Below, one piece after another: positions 1-9,044 of a DNA stretch of 64,000 bases. The DNA lies in the IMG/VR virus record IMGVR_UViG_2899924645_000001, positions 1-64,000 of that record. One strand, given 5' to 3'. The notes under the pieces are model-generated. The model saw only the letters and a list, made by a program, of their open reading frames with translations. It was not told the DNA's origin and did not search any database. The number at the start of each line of letters is the position of its first letter. Within the stretch, counting starts at the first letter, position 1. A program made the position numbers and the translations under genes. Source of the DNA: a virus (taxonomy: Duplodnaviria; Caudoviricetes).

Positions 1-1209
1 ATGGAAGTGGGGCGCCTGAGGGAAGAGGGCGATCACAACGTCGGCGGCATCCCCGGCCTGTACCTTCAGATCATCGACGGCTCGCGCTCGTGGATTCTTC
101 GCTTCAAGTTCGGCGCACGACGGCGGCGCATGGGCCTTGGCAGCTTTCCGGCGGTGCCGCTCGCGCAGGCGCGAGAACGTGCACGGGAGGCCCACAAGCT
201 GCTCGATGAAGGGGTGGACCCCATCGAAGCGCGCGATGCCGTCAAAAAGGCTGCGGTGGCTTCTCAAGCTCGGGCGCTGACTTTCAAGGTCGCCTGCGAA
301 CGCTTCATTGCAGCGAAAGAGTCCGAATGGCGCAATCCAAAGCATCGGCAGCAGTGGGAGAACACACTGGAGACATACGCCGAGCCCGTGATCGGACAGC
401 TCGACGTTTCGGCCATTGGCCAGGATGAGGTACTGCGCGTGCTCGATCCGATCTGGCGCACCAAGACCGAAACAGCCAGCCGGCTGCGCGGCCGGATAGA
501 GCAGGTGCTCGACTGGGCGAAGACGCGTGGCCATCGGCAGGGGGAGAACCCGGCCGCTTGGCGCGGGCACCTCGACAAGCTGCTACCCAAGCCAGAGAAG
601 ATCGCAAAGGTGAAGCATCACCCCGCCGTCCCGGTCGCGAAGGTGGCCGACGCGGTTGCGGCAATCCGGGCGGTCGAGGGGGTGAGTGCGCAGGCCCTTC
701 TCTTTCAGGTGCTGACGGCAGGCCGTTCGGGGGAAATCAGGGGCGCGCGCTGGCCAGAGTTCGACCTTGAGGCGGGGCAATGGGATGTGCCAGCCGAACG
801 AATGAAGGGAAAGAGGCCACACCGGGTGCCGCTCTCCAGGCAGGCCATCGAACTGCTTAAATCGATGCCCCGCTACGAGCAGTGCGATCTGGTGTTTCCC
901 GGCCGAAAGATGCAGCCGCTATCGGATATGTCGCTGACCGCGTGCTTGCGGCGGCTGAACTTTCTGGATGCAGCTGGCCGGGTTTGTGTGCCGCACGGCC
1001 TTCGGTCGACCTTCCGGGACTGGGCAGCCGAGCACACCCACTATCCGCCTGAGATGGCAGAAATGGCCTTGGCTCACGCGATCGAAAGCAAGGTTGAAGC
1101 GGCCTACCGGCGTGGCGACATGCTCGCCAAACGCCTTGCGATGATGCAAGACTGGGCCGACTACTGCATGCCGGCGCCTCCGCCGAAGCGGAAGCGCCAG
1201 AGGGCCTAG
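1..1209 (+). CDS. int: Tyrosine integrase, P4/IntS-type with N-terminal arm-binding domain
   Basis: GLYLQI..SWILRF..RRRMGLG arm domain; catalytic R (TAGRSGE), HGLR, H (LAH) and Y (AAYRRG); start may lie slightly upstream of the window. Confidence 0.95.
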   Translation: MEVGRLREEGDHNVGGIPGLYLQIIDGSRSWILRFKFGARRRRMGLGSFPAVPLAQARERAREAHKLLDEGVDPIEARDAVKKAAVASQARALTFKVACERFIAAKESEWRNPKHRQQWENTLETYAEPVIGQLDVSAIGQDEVLRVLDPIWRTKTETASRLRGRIEQVLDWAKTRGHRQGENPAAWRGHLDKLLPKPEKIAKVKHHPAVPVAKVADAVAAIRAVEGVSAQALLFQVLTAGRSGEIRGARWPEFDLEAGQWDVPAERMKGKRPHRVPLSRQAIELLKSMPRYEQCDLVFPGRKMQPLSDMSLTACLRRLNFLDAAGRVCVPHGLRSTFRDWAAEHTHYPPEMAEMALAHAIESKVEAAYRRGDMLAKRLAMMQDWADYCMPAPPPKRKRQRA

Positions 1210-1472
1210 TCGTCGGTATGTGAGCTGGTGGACGCCGCCACCGGACGTTCTTCGAGCCAGGAGTCAACCTCAGCTGCGACCCAGCCAACAGCACGCGGGC
1301 CGAGTTGCCGCGGGCGTGGAAACTTCTCGCTCGACATCCAGCGGCGCAGGGTAGTTTCTGAGATCCCGAACTTCGCGAGGACGATGTTTTTACGATAGAT
1401 CAGCGGTGCCGCGCCGGCCGTCACTCTCGAACTCTGACCGCCGGATGCAGAGACAACGTACTTGGTGCTCAT
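1206..1472 (-). CDS. AlpA-family excisionase/regulator
   Basis: HTH ISETTLRRWM..KFPRPRQLGPRAVGW; convergent with integrase. Confidence 0.85.
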   Translation of the reverse strand: MSTKYVVSASGGQSSRVTAGAAPLIYRKNIVLAKFGISETTLRRWMSSEKFPRPRQLGPRAVGWVAAEVDSWLEERPVAASTSSHTDD

Positions 1473-2263
1473 CTTTGCCCTCCCAGATCGAGCTGCACGG
1501 GTCGGCTTCGTTCTTCAGCGAAGATGCTCTCGAGCGCTTCCTCGATTCGCCGGCACGCGATGTCGAAGTACTGCAGGCTCTGCTCGCACCCGATGAACCG
1601 GCGGCCCAACTTGAGTGCGGCGACACCGGTGGTGCCCGATCCCATGAAAGGGTCTAGCACCAAACCGCCCGGCTGGCAGATCTCGACCATGTCGGCCATC
1701 AGCGCCACCGGCTTCTGCGTCACGTGCTCTCGGTCTGTTGGTGCGTGGTATTCGTAGAAGCCAGGCAGGCACCCCACGCCGCGATCGACAGGCATTGGCC
1801 CAGCCGAACCCCAGACGACGTACTCGGCGGCAGACGTGAAGCGCCCCATCTGCGGCCGCGGCGACTTCTTCACCCACGGCACCACTCCGCGCCACACCCA
1901 CCCGCCGGCCTGCAGGTAGTCGGACGAGACAGGCAATTGCCGCCAGTCCGAGAAGAACGCCGCGGGGGCGCCGGACTTCGATGCACGAAGCGCAGCCGCT
2001 GACCAGAGCGTCGACCAGAAATGGAATGAGCGTTGATCGCGGTTGTCGCCACCAAAGTCCGATGTCTTCTCGTGGTTGCCGGATCCGGTGCTGAGGTACT
2101 TGGCTTTGGTGTCCAGCGCGCGATCGCCCCGGAAGGCGCCGCCGCTGGAGTAGGGTGGGTCGGTGATGACGGCGTCGGCCGTTCCAGGCATGAGAGCCTG
2201 CAGTACTTCGAGAGCTTCACCGTGATACAGCGTGGCGCCGCCGATGGTTTCGATCCGCATCAC
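1469..2263 (-). CDS. DNA amino-methyltransferase (N6-A/N4-C), beta class, orphan
   Basis: Motif IV DPPY precedes motif I DPFMGSGTTG; HVTQKPVAL. Confidence 0.9.
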   Translation of the reverse strand: MMRIETIGGATLYHGEALEVLQALMPGTADAVITDPPYSSGGAFRGDRALDTKAKYLSTGSGNHEKTSDFGGDNRDQRSFHFWSTLWSAAALRASKSGAPAAFFSDWRQLPVSSDYLQAGGWVWRGVVPWVKKSPRPQMGRFTSAAEYVVWGSAGPMPVDRGVGCLPGFYEYHAPTDREHVTQKPVALMADMVEICQPGGLVLDPFMGSGTTGVAALKLGRRFIGCEQSLQYFDIACRRIEEALESIFAEERSRPVQLDLGGQR

Positions 2264-2754
2264 GCACCGCCTTTCTCGGCGGCGCCGGCGCCAGCGTAGA
2301 TTTCAGCGCCCGCCACGTCGGCGAGTCGCGCTACGCCATCGCGTATCCGCGCCGCGATGTAGTCGCCGCTTGAGATCTGCTCGACCCCGATGCCAGGATG
2401 CGCGATCAGCAGGGCGCTCGCTTCGTTGGCAGCGTCGGACAGCACGCCGGCCTGCGCTGCCTGCCAGGCGTTGTCCATGCTGAGCTGGATCACCATGCGC
2501 AGCGCGGCGTGCAGCCGCTTGGCTTGCGGAAGACCGGGCGCGACAGCGGCGGCGATCTCGGCGCCTATGCCGATGACCCATCCCAGGTGCGAGAGAAGAT
2601 CGCGCGCCGGCTCGCTGTCGGCTGTCATGTAGACGGCGATGCTGACGGTGGTCATGTGACTGGCCATCCTCGCTTTCGCGACCGCGGTTGCAACCGGATG
2701 GCTGTGGCACGGCTCGCCACCGCTGCGGCGAAGGCGGTTCTTCGCGCGCCTCAC
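2260..2754 (-). CDS. Hypothetical phage protein
   Basis: Stop/start overlaps with both neighbours in the early operon. Confidence 0.55.
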   Translation of the reverse strand: MRRAKNRLRRSGGEPCHSHPVATAVAKARMASHMTTVSIAVYMTADSEPARDLLSHLGWVIGIGAEIAAAVAPGLPQAKRLHAALRMVIQLSMDNAWQAAQAGVLSDAANEASALLIAHPGIGVEQISSGDYIAARIRDGVARLADVAGAEIYAGAGAAEKGGA

Positions 2755-3062
2755 AGCAGCAGCTCCAGCAGGTCGAGGGTCGGCAGGGCTGCGACAGCCT
2801 TTCCGACCCGTGCTGCGGCGGTCAGATCTGCAGCGTCGAGGTCGCGGCCGGACGCCTTCCTGATGACGTCAACCAGCTCGCCCTGGTTGCGGCTGTCGAG
2901 GTTGCGACCAGCCCACACCAGCGCGTCGTTGGTCGACAGGTCTTGCAGTTCGAACGCCTTGCCGGTCGCGTAGCTCGGGCCATGGCCGGGGCGGCCGGAC
3001 TCGGCCAGCATCTTCACGATGTGCTGCGCGAGCGGGCACAGCTTGGGGGACTTCTTGCGCAT
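2751..3062 (-). CDS. Hypothetical phage protein
   Basis: Translationally coupled ORF in the early operon. Confidence 0.55.
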   Translation of the reverse strand: MRKKSPKLCPLAQHIVKMLAESGRPGHGPSYATGKAFELQDLSTNDALVWAGRNLDSRNQGELVDVIRKASGRDLDAADLTAAARVGKAVAALPTLDLLELLL

Positions 3063-3065
3063 CGT

Positions 3066-3692
3066 TCAGCCCTCCGCCCGAGCAGCGATTCGAATCGCCT
3101 CGATGCACCTGCGCGCACCGAGGTACTGGTACCCGTGGGCCTGCGTCACCTCCGCGTGATAGCCGTTGGCATGAAGCCCCGCCCGCAGCTGCGTCTGGTG
3201 GTAGTTGGCGACCTTCTCGCAGATGGCGAGCGCGGCCTCGTGGCTGCCATTTGTCACCGCGCGCGAGGCCCAGGCGTCTGCCTCATCGGCGAACAGCACC
3301 ACGCGGTTGAGGAACTGGCTCACGAACTCGTCGGCACTGCCCTTGAAACTGAATTGCTCCGGCATGCTCTCGGCACCTTCCGCCAATGTGACTAGCAGGC
3401 CCAGCGCGCTCGCGATGTGGTGCTCCAGCGCGGCGCCCTTACTGTTCGACCAGCCCGGCAGCAGGTGAATGCGATCGCACGTCACCAGCTGCGCGATGTC
3501 GGCGCGCATGCATGCGGCCCAGCCCATGTTCGGGTCGACGTTGATCTCGGCAGGGTTGATGACTTCGAGGCCGGCGACTCGCAGGGCCTTGGCCTCGGCG
3601 TGGAAGGCCGGAAAGTTGAGTTCGGCGTAGCCGGTCATCGGGCCGGCGATGTAGACGCGGCCGGCGCGCAGGGAGGTGTGTGCTGCGCTCAT
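3066..3692 (-). CDS. DUF4406-like (nucleoside deoxyribosyltransferase-fold) protein with C-terminal extension
   Basis: VYIAGPMTG..NFPAF..INPAE..LLPGWSNSKGAALE signature. Confidence 0.75.
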   Translation of the reverse strand: MSAAHTSLRAGRVYIAGPMTGYAELNFPAFHAEAKALRVAGLEVINPAEINVDPNMGWAACMRADIAQLVTCDRIHLLPGWSNSKGAALEHHIASALGLLVTLAEGAESMPEQFSFKGSADEFVSQFLNRVVLFADEADAWASRAVTNGSHEAALAICEKVANYHQTQLRAGLHANGYHAEVTQAHGYQYLGARRCIEAIRIAARAEG

Positions 3693-3862
3693 TGCCCAAG
3701 GCCTCCCGTCAGGCTAAGGGTGAGCAGGGCCAGCGTGGCGAGCGCGCAGCCCACCAGCGTGATGCGATCGGCAATGCGCGCCGCCCGCGCCTTGCGCCTG
3801 GCTCGCTCCTCGATGGTCTTCACGGCCTGGATGTCGTGGTGGTTGAGGCGGTGCGCGTTCAT
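3689..3862 (-). CDS. Small membrane-anchored hypothetical protein
   Basis: MNAHRL start at 3862 overlapping the upstream stop; C-terminal hydrophobic helix. Confidence 0.5.
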   Translation of the reverse strand: MNAHRLNHHDIQAVKTIEERARRKARAARIADRITLVGCALATLALLTLSLTGGLGQ

Positions 3863-4188
3863 GCGGCCCTCCGTTGTTGCAGGGCAGCGATGCGCACGAC
3901 GGTCGACGGGAACATGTCGGCCTGCTGCTCGGGCCGCACGTCCGCACGGCGCGGCTTGCGCCGGCCGGTGGCCTGGGCTTCGAGCAGGCCGCGCACGCGC
4001 TCGATGGTGGCGCGCACGTCGGTGGCGCACGCCGGCAGGTAGGGCGCGGTGATGTGAACCTTGTGCGCCATCGGCGGCGCGTAGGGCTTGTGCTGCGCGA
4101 TCTGTACGACGGCAGCGGTGCTGGTGCGTGGCATGGTGATGCGGCTCCGGTTGGTGGTTGAAAGGGTTGGGTGCATGGGGAAACTCAT
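3859..4188 (-). CDS. Hypothetical phage protein
   Basis: ATGA overlap with the gpA stop. Confidence 0.5.
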   Translation of the reverse strand: MSFPMHPTLSTTNRSRITMPRTSTAAVVQIAQHKPYAPPMAHKVHITAPYLPACATDVRATIERVRGLLEAQATGRRKPRRADVRPEQQADMFPSTVVRIAALQQRRAA

Positions 4189-6239
4189 CGACCGGCCGCG
4201 GCCAGCTCGCGCATGACTGGCGCGAAGGCCTTCATGCGTGCGAGCAGGGCGTCGAGGTCGTTGGCGGGTGGGGGCGTGGCCGGGGTGGCGGCCGTGATCC
4301 GGACGCACTCAGGCATGCGGAACGTGGTTCGCTCGCCGGCGATGTGGTTGACTTGCTCGATCGGGGCCGGTGGGGTGGCCTTGCGTGGCGCCGGCGGCTC
4401 GATTTCGAGGGTGTCGTGGGCCTTCGGCCACGGCAGATCGCCTCGCATCAGCAGGCGCTGCGGCTCTTCGTTGAGCCGGACCGTACAGTTATTGAAACGA
4501 GTCCAAGGGCGGCCCAGCGCTTCGCGCTCGGCCTTGTCCTGCGCGGCTTCGCTCGCGCAGGAACGCCACGCTTGCCGGCGGCTCACGAGCCAGTGCCCGA
4601 CGCGCGTTTCGACGCCCACCACTGTCTTGCGGTCGATGGTCTCGCCGTAGCTGTTGGTCGTCTCCTTGGCGACGCGAACGGCGCTGCGCAGCATCCATTC
4701 CCGGCGCTTTCGGCACATGCCGCCCTGGGCGCGGACGTAGCCTTCCCAAGAGGCCTGAATGGCGCCTTGCTTGTGGCAGGCCCGCCATGCCTTCACCGCG
4801 GCGGCGTCGCCCAGGTCGAGGCGCATCTGCGCGTGGTCGATCTGGTCCTTGGTGACCCGGCGCATTTCGCGCCACACCGACACCGGCGGCTGACCGAGGG
4901 GCTGAAACTGCCGAATCCCCCAGGTGCTGGCCCAGGCGTCGACGCGCTGCCAGCCCTTGAATTCGCGCGTGTCCATGACGTGCTCGAAGCCGTCCATGGT
5001 GTCGGTGTGCTGGCCGACGCCGGCGTCGCCGCCGTCCTCGGCGCCAATGTTCTTGGCTACGTACTTCGCAACGTAGCCCGCGGCGCCGCCGCGCTCCATT
5101 GCGATGAACTTGCACCGGTTGCGCACGGCGCCGGGCTCATCGCCCGCGTCGCTGAGCCAGTAGCCGCTGATGATGTCTTGAGCCTGCTGGGCCTGCTCTG
5201 GCGTATCGAACCACAGCAGCGCGTGCCAATGCGGGCACCCGTCGTGATGCGGCTCGGCGACGCGGAAGCCGTAGCCCGCGATGCCCTTGCGGCCCATCTT
5301 CGCGCGGGCCTTCGCCCACATGCTGCACAGCCACTGCTGCGCATCGCGGGGCGTGGCGCCCTCGTATTTGTTGTTTCGGGTTGGCTTCGCCCATCGAGAC
5401 TTCCCGCCCGACAGCACGGCATGAAAGCGGCTCGGGCAGGTGAGCGTGAGAAAGAGGCCGTGGTGCCCGTTCGCGTCGGCGAACTCCTCACACCCGCGAA
5501 TGCGCGTCATCAGCTCGCCGCGGCGGATGTCCCGGTTGCTGGGCGACAGCGCCGCCAGCTCGGCCAGGCTGTAGACCTGTCCGGCCTCGTTGCGCATCTT
5601 CACGCGGGCCAGCAGATCGGCGTTGCGCTTGTGCTGGTCGACGCGCCGGCGGCAGGCCTCATCGCTTGCATAGCCGCCGTTTCGGTGGTGCACAACGGCC
5701 AGCTTGATCGCCGCATGTTCCACGGTGCGCGCCACCTTGCGGCGCAGTGCGCGCCGCCACCATTGCTCTGTGATGGCCCGGGCGATCAGCCCCTCGGGCG
5801 TCTTGGAGTTCGGCTTGTCGACGCCCAGGCGCTCGCAGTAGTCGAGCGCCGTGTCCAGCTTGTCCTGCAGGCTCATCGGCAGGGGATGGCCGTTGAGCAT
5901 GTCGTCGAGCGCCCTGGCGCAGCGGCGGGCGCGGTCGCACACCTCCGAATCACCGACGGCCCAATGCAGGATGTCCTTGTGCTCGTGCTCGAAGGCGCGC
6001 ATCGCATCGACGCGCGCAAGGTTCCAGCTCAGCCAGTCACCGCCGACGGCACGCACCGTCGGCTTGAGCGGCATGATGATGTCGAACGCCGGCTCCCACT
6101 GTGGCGGCAGCTCGCCTCGCATGCGCGCGTCCATTTCGCGCGCCACCCGCGCGACGTGCTGGTCGTGCGGGAGGTTGGAGCGAAGCCGCATCCAGAAGAC
6201 CGGATCGGGCTTGGCGTGGCGTTTGGCGACGATGCGCAT
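4185..6239 (-). CDS. A: P2 gpA-like rolling-circle replication endonuclease
   Basis: FLTLTCPSRFH; HUH motif EPHHDGCPHWHALL; two catalytic Tyr in GYVAKYVAKNI. Confidence 0.93.
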   Translation of the reverse strand: MRIVAKRHAKPDPVFWMRLRSNLPHDQHVARVAREMDARMRGELPPQWEPAFDIIMPLKPTVRAVGGDWLSWNLARVDAMRAFEHEHKDILHWAVGDSEVCDRARRCARALDDMLNGHPLPMSLQDKLDTALDYCERLGVDKPNSKTPEGLIARAITEQWWRRALRRKVARTVEHAAIKLAVVHHRNGGYASDEACRRRVDQHKRNADLLARVKMRNEAGQVYSLAELAALSPSNRDIRRGELMTRIRGCEEFADANGHHGLFLTLTCPSRFHAVLSGGKSRWAKPTRNNKYEGATPRDAQQWLCSMWAKARAKMGRKGIAGYGFRVAEPHHDGCPHWHALLWFDTPEQAQQAQDIISGYWLSDAGDEPGAVRNRCKFIAMERGGAAGYVAKYVAKNIGAEDGGDAGVGQHTDTMDGFEHVMDTREFKGWQRVDAWASTWGIRQFQPLGQPPVSVWREMRRVTKDQIDHAQMRLDLGDAAAVKAWRACHKQGAIQASWEGYVRAQGGMCRKRREWMLRSAVRVAKETTNSYGETIDRKTVVGVETRVGHWLVSRRQAWRSCASEAAQDKAEREALGRPWTRFNNCTVRLNEEPQRLLMRGDLPWPKAHDTLEIEPPAPRKATPPAPIEQVNHIAGERTTFRMPECVRITAATPATPPPANDLDALLARMKAFAPVMRELAAAGR
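4485..4511 (-). other. Candidate rolling-circle origin/nick region inside gene A
   Basis: Minus strand CGCCCTTGGACTCGTTTCAATAACTGT resembles the P2 ori as recalled (GCGCCTCGGAGTCCTGTCAATAACTGT); encodes PWTRFNNC. Confidence 0.6.
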
Positions 6240-6246
6240 GGGGTGC

Positions 6247-6615
6247 CTACAAGGTCAGCGCGAAGACCGTGCGAAGGTCGTTCTGCAGCTCTCGGATGGC
6301 CTCGCCAACGGCGTTGCGCTCAAGAGGCGGCAGCTCCCGCCAGGCACGCTCCACGGCGAAGGCGATGCCGTTGACGTCGTAGCCGGCCCAGAAGAGCAGC
6401 ATTGCCCGAGAGCGCTTCGAGATGCCTTCCCACTCGCGCTCAGCCGCGGTGATGTTTCGCGCATGGCTTGTGCCCTGGGCGAACTCTTCGCGCAGCTCCG
6501 CGAGCCGCGCCGCGTGGCGGGCATAGAACGGGTTGGGAACGCCATCGGCAATGTGGGCGGTGGGCTGCGCCGGGCCAGGGTTCTCATGGTGTTGCGGTGG
6601 CTCATCGCGCGGCAT
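6247..6615 (-). CDS. Hypothetical phage protein
   Basis: ORF directly upstream of A in the operon. Confidence 0.55.
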   Translation of the reverse strand: MPRDEPPQHHENPGPAQPTAHIADGVPNPFYARHAARLAELREEFAQGTSHARNITAAEREWEGISKRSRAMLLFWAGYDVNGIAFAVERAWRELPPLERNAVGEAIRELQNDLRTVFALTL

Positions 6616-6619
6616 GCGG

Positions 6620-7237
6620 TCAGCGTTCGCCGGCGGTCTGTGCGTCCGCGTGGAGGCTGTCGTTCAAGGGCTTGCCGGTGTCGGTCGCCGGGTGGCGCCC
6701 CGGGGTGTCGGCGGTGATGTGCCCGGCCTCGATGGCGTCGATGACCCACTGCCGCATGCACGTCGTCTCTACGGCGCGATGCCCGTGCATGAAAGTGACG
6801 CGATCCAGCCAGACCTCGGAGCTGCCCCCCTCGACGTGCACGACGCGCCAGCCGGCGGCCTGCAATGCGTTGGCGACGGCATTGATCGCCTTGGGATTGC
6901 GCCAGCTCGAAATCGTGTCCGCGGCCTGGAGCACTACCGCATTGACACGCCGGCCGAACTGGCTGGCGCGGTAGTTGAAGAAGCTCTGCCGCACATGGTC
7001 GATCTCGATGTACGCGCCATCGCCCTGCGCCGCCTGCACGATGTCATCCAGCGCGCCAAGCTTGTCGGCCACGCGGCGAATGTCCGCAAGCCGGTTGGCG
7101 TGCCGGTCGTGCTCCCGCAGCAGCACGCGGTCGAGCAGAGGCAGGCGCGCGGCGTCCTCGCGAGAGAGCTTCGAGACCTTCGGGACGTCAATGCGTTGGG
7201 CTGGCTTCTCGGCGAAGCGGCGGGCGGTGAGGGACAT
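6620..7237 (-). CDS. Hypothetical phage protein
   Basis: Likely start MSLTARRF at 7237 within ORF 6620..7303. Confidence 0.55.
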   Translation of the reverse strand: MSLTARRFAEKPAQRIDVPKVSKLSREDAARLPLLDRVLLREHDRHANRLADIRRVADKLGALDDIVQAAQGDGAYIEIDHVRQSFFNYRASQFGRRVNAVVLQAADTISSWRNPKAINAVANALQAAGWRVVHVEGGSSEVWLDRVTFMHGHRAVETTCMRQWVIDAIEAGHITADTPGRHPATDTGKPLNDSLHADAQTAGER

Positions 7238-7341
7238 GACTTCGACTCCTGTGTTGAAAAAGGCGTGAGAAGGGCCGCACGCCTTGAAAAAGGCGCGTGG
7301 CAAGGGGTGGGCAGTGGGGCGCCGCGAGGGCGCGGACTAGA

Positions 7342-7737
7342 TCAGTCGGGCGGGGCGCCACTCATGGCGCCGCCCGTGCCCCAGTCGTTGGTGGGCGTGT
7401 GCAGGTTTGCCGCGTAGGCGGCTGCGTCATCGGCGACGTTGCCTTCGTCCGCGAGCGCCAGGGCGAGCTGGCCGCGGCGGATGTGGCGCGAGAGCGGCAG
7501 CGAAACGTCAGCTGCGGGGATGCTGGAGAGCACCAGCACGCGCTGAAATTCCAGCGTGGCCACGCCCGTGAAGCCGCACCGCCAGTTGCGGCAGCGATAG
7601 GTGATCTCGCGCATGGTCTTGCTCATGGCGCGGCTGTCGCAGGCCACGCAGCGGGTGCCGCAGTGTGGGCACTCGATGGTGATGCGCATGTAGCGGTTGC
7701 CGGCTTCGCCGGCCTGCTCGTGAAGGCTCTCGCTCAT
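7342..7737 (-). CDS. ogr: Ogr/Delta-like zinc-finger late-gene activator
   Basis: CPHCG..C..SR..SKTMREITYRCRNWRCGFT. Confidence 0.9.
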   Translation of the reverse strand: MSESLHEQAGEAGNRYMRITIECPHCGTRCVACDSRAMSKTMREITYRCRNWRCGFTGVATLEFQRVLVLSSIPAADVSLPLSRHIRRGQLALALADEGNVADDAAAYAANLHTPTNDWGTGGAMSGAPPD

Positions 7738-7943
7738 TGCCGCTTTCCTCCCGAGGCAACCAGACGGGGGCCGCGACGGCGGCCGGTGATGTGTTCGATG
7801 CCCTTGCGCAGCCGGGTCCGCACCAGCCATTCGATGGCTTCAGCGACGTCCGCCAGACCTTGCTCCCGGCGCACCCGGTCGAACACGTCGTGCTCGGCGT
7901 CGGTGAGTTCGATCTCTGTGGACGTCATCTTTTCGTCAGACAT
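7734..7943 (-). CDS. Small putative DNA-binding protein (RHH-like)
   Basis: IELTDAEHDVFDRVRREQGL pattern; coupled to ogr. Confidence 0.5.
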   Translation of the reverse strand: MSDEKMTSTEIELTDAEHDVFDRVRREQGLADVAEAIEWLVRTRLRKGIEHITGRRRGPRLVASGGKRQ

Positions 7944-7989
7944 TCGGCGTTTGTTGCGCTGGCTTCAAGCCGCGTTGATGCGGCTGGGC

Positions 7990-8208
7990 TTAGCCCGCGG
8001 CGCGGGGCAGACTGGCGTCGGCCTTGGGTTCCTGGCCGAAGAAGGCGTCGGCCAGCATTTCCTCGGCCTGGCGCATGGCCAGCTCGCGAATGAGCGTCGA
8101 GGTCTGCGCGCCGGTCATCTTGGACAGGATGCGCAGCAGCTCGTCTTCGTAGTCGTCAAACCGGACGGTCTGGCGGTTGTCGCGCACGCGCTTGGGATCG
8201 GGGTACAT
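7990..8208 (-). CDS. Small phage protein (RHH-like)
   Basis: MYPDPKRVRDNRQTVRFDDYE, typical of betaproteobacterial P2-like early regions. Confidence 0.6.
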   Translation of the reverse strand: MYPDPKRVRDNRQTVRFDDYEDELLRILSKMTGAQTSTLIRELAMRQAEEMLADAFFGQEPKADASLPRAAG

Positions 8209-8255
8209 CGTCGAGAGTCCTTCGGGCAAAGGAGGGGAGAGACTGGTGCGGTGGG

Positions 8256-8483
8256 TCAGGCGGCGGATGTGGCGGCGCCGGCCTGTTCGGCCTCGTACTG
8301 CGCGAGGCCCTTGAGGTAGACGCGGCGCGCGAAATTGCCGAGGGAACGGCCCTCGCGCGCTGCGTATTGCTGGGTGCGTTCTTTCTCGTCTGGGGCGAGG
8401 CGCATGGCGATGGGCGCTTCGTTGACGAGGCGGATCTCGGGTGGAAGCTGGGGGCGACCACGGCGACGGGCGGTGTGAGCCAT
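8256..8483 (-). CDS. Small DNA-binding protein, first gene of the early operon (Cox/Cro-equivalent position)
   Basis: RGRP AT-hook-like motif plus RHH-like IAMRLAPDEKE..AAREGRSLGNF; divergent from repressor. Confidence 0.6.
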   Translation of the reverse strand: MAHTARRRGRPQLPPEIRLVNEAPIAMRLAPDEKERTQQYAAREGRSLGNFARRVYLKGLAQYEAEQAGAATSAA

Positions 8484-8492
8484 GCGTTTAAT

Positions 8493-8573
8493 ATCCGAAC
8501 GGATTAATTTGTGTGTGCGGCGGACTTTATCACTCGAATGGATGAAGTTCAACCAGTTTTTATCCATATGGGT
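8493..8573. promoter_or_regulatory. Three 12-bp operator-like dyads in the divergent switch
   Basis: ATCCGAACGGAT 8493-8504, ACTCGAATGGAT 8532-8543, ATCCATATGGGT 8562-8573 in an AT-rich intergenic region. Confidence 0.55.
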
Positions 8574-8957
8574 GATTTTTCGTCTCGACTGAGGGAAGAG
8601 CGCAAGCGCCTGGGCCTGTCGCAAGAGGCCCTGGCAGAGCTTGGCGGCGTGAAGCTGAACGCTCAGTCGAACTACGAGACGGGGAAGCGCGCGCCCGATG
8701 CGGACTACCTGACTCGTGTGGCTGCGCACGGAGTCGATGTGGCGTTCTTGTTTTCGGGTCAGCGGACACTCGCCGGAAGGGGTGCACCTGCAAATGACGA
8801 GAAGCAGCCAGCAGCGACGGGGGACACTGTCATGCGGGTTATCACGCGGGAAGAGGCCGCACTGCTAGACAACTATGAAGCGGCGGACGAACGAGGCCGA
8901 GCCGCGGCGCGCAGCGTTCTTGATGCGCTCGCGCAACCGAAGAGGGCCAACGGGTAG
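8568..8957 (+). CDS. XRE-family HTH prophage repressor
   Basis: RLREERKRLGLSQEALAELGGV..AQSNYETGKRAPD. Confidence 0.9.
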   Translation: MGDFSSRLREERKRLGLSQEALAELGGVKLNAQSNYETGKRAPDADYLTRVAAHGVDVAFLFSGQRTLAGRGAPANDEKQPAATGDTVMRVITREEAALLDNYEAADERGRAAARSVLDALAQPKRANG

Positions 8958-9044
8958 GCTGGGTCTGGTCCTCTGGACCTTGGCCCGTTGGATGTTCATG
9001 GCGATGGGGGACGCCGCTAGCGAAGCGGCGGAGTAGAGGGATCG

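Noticed and set aside
4158-6374. Long antisense or alternative-frame ORFs (738 aa here; also 29752-31128, 60417-61892, 14912-15925)
   Set aside because: Shadow ORFs of GC-rich coding genes on the opposite strand; no motifs
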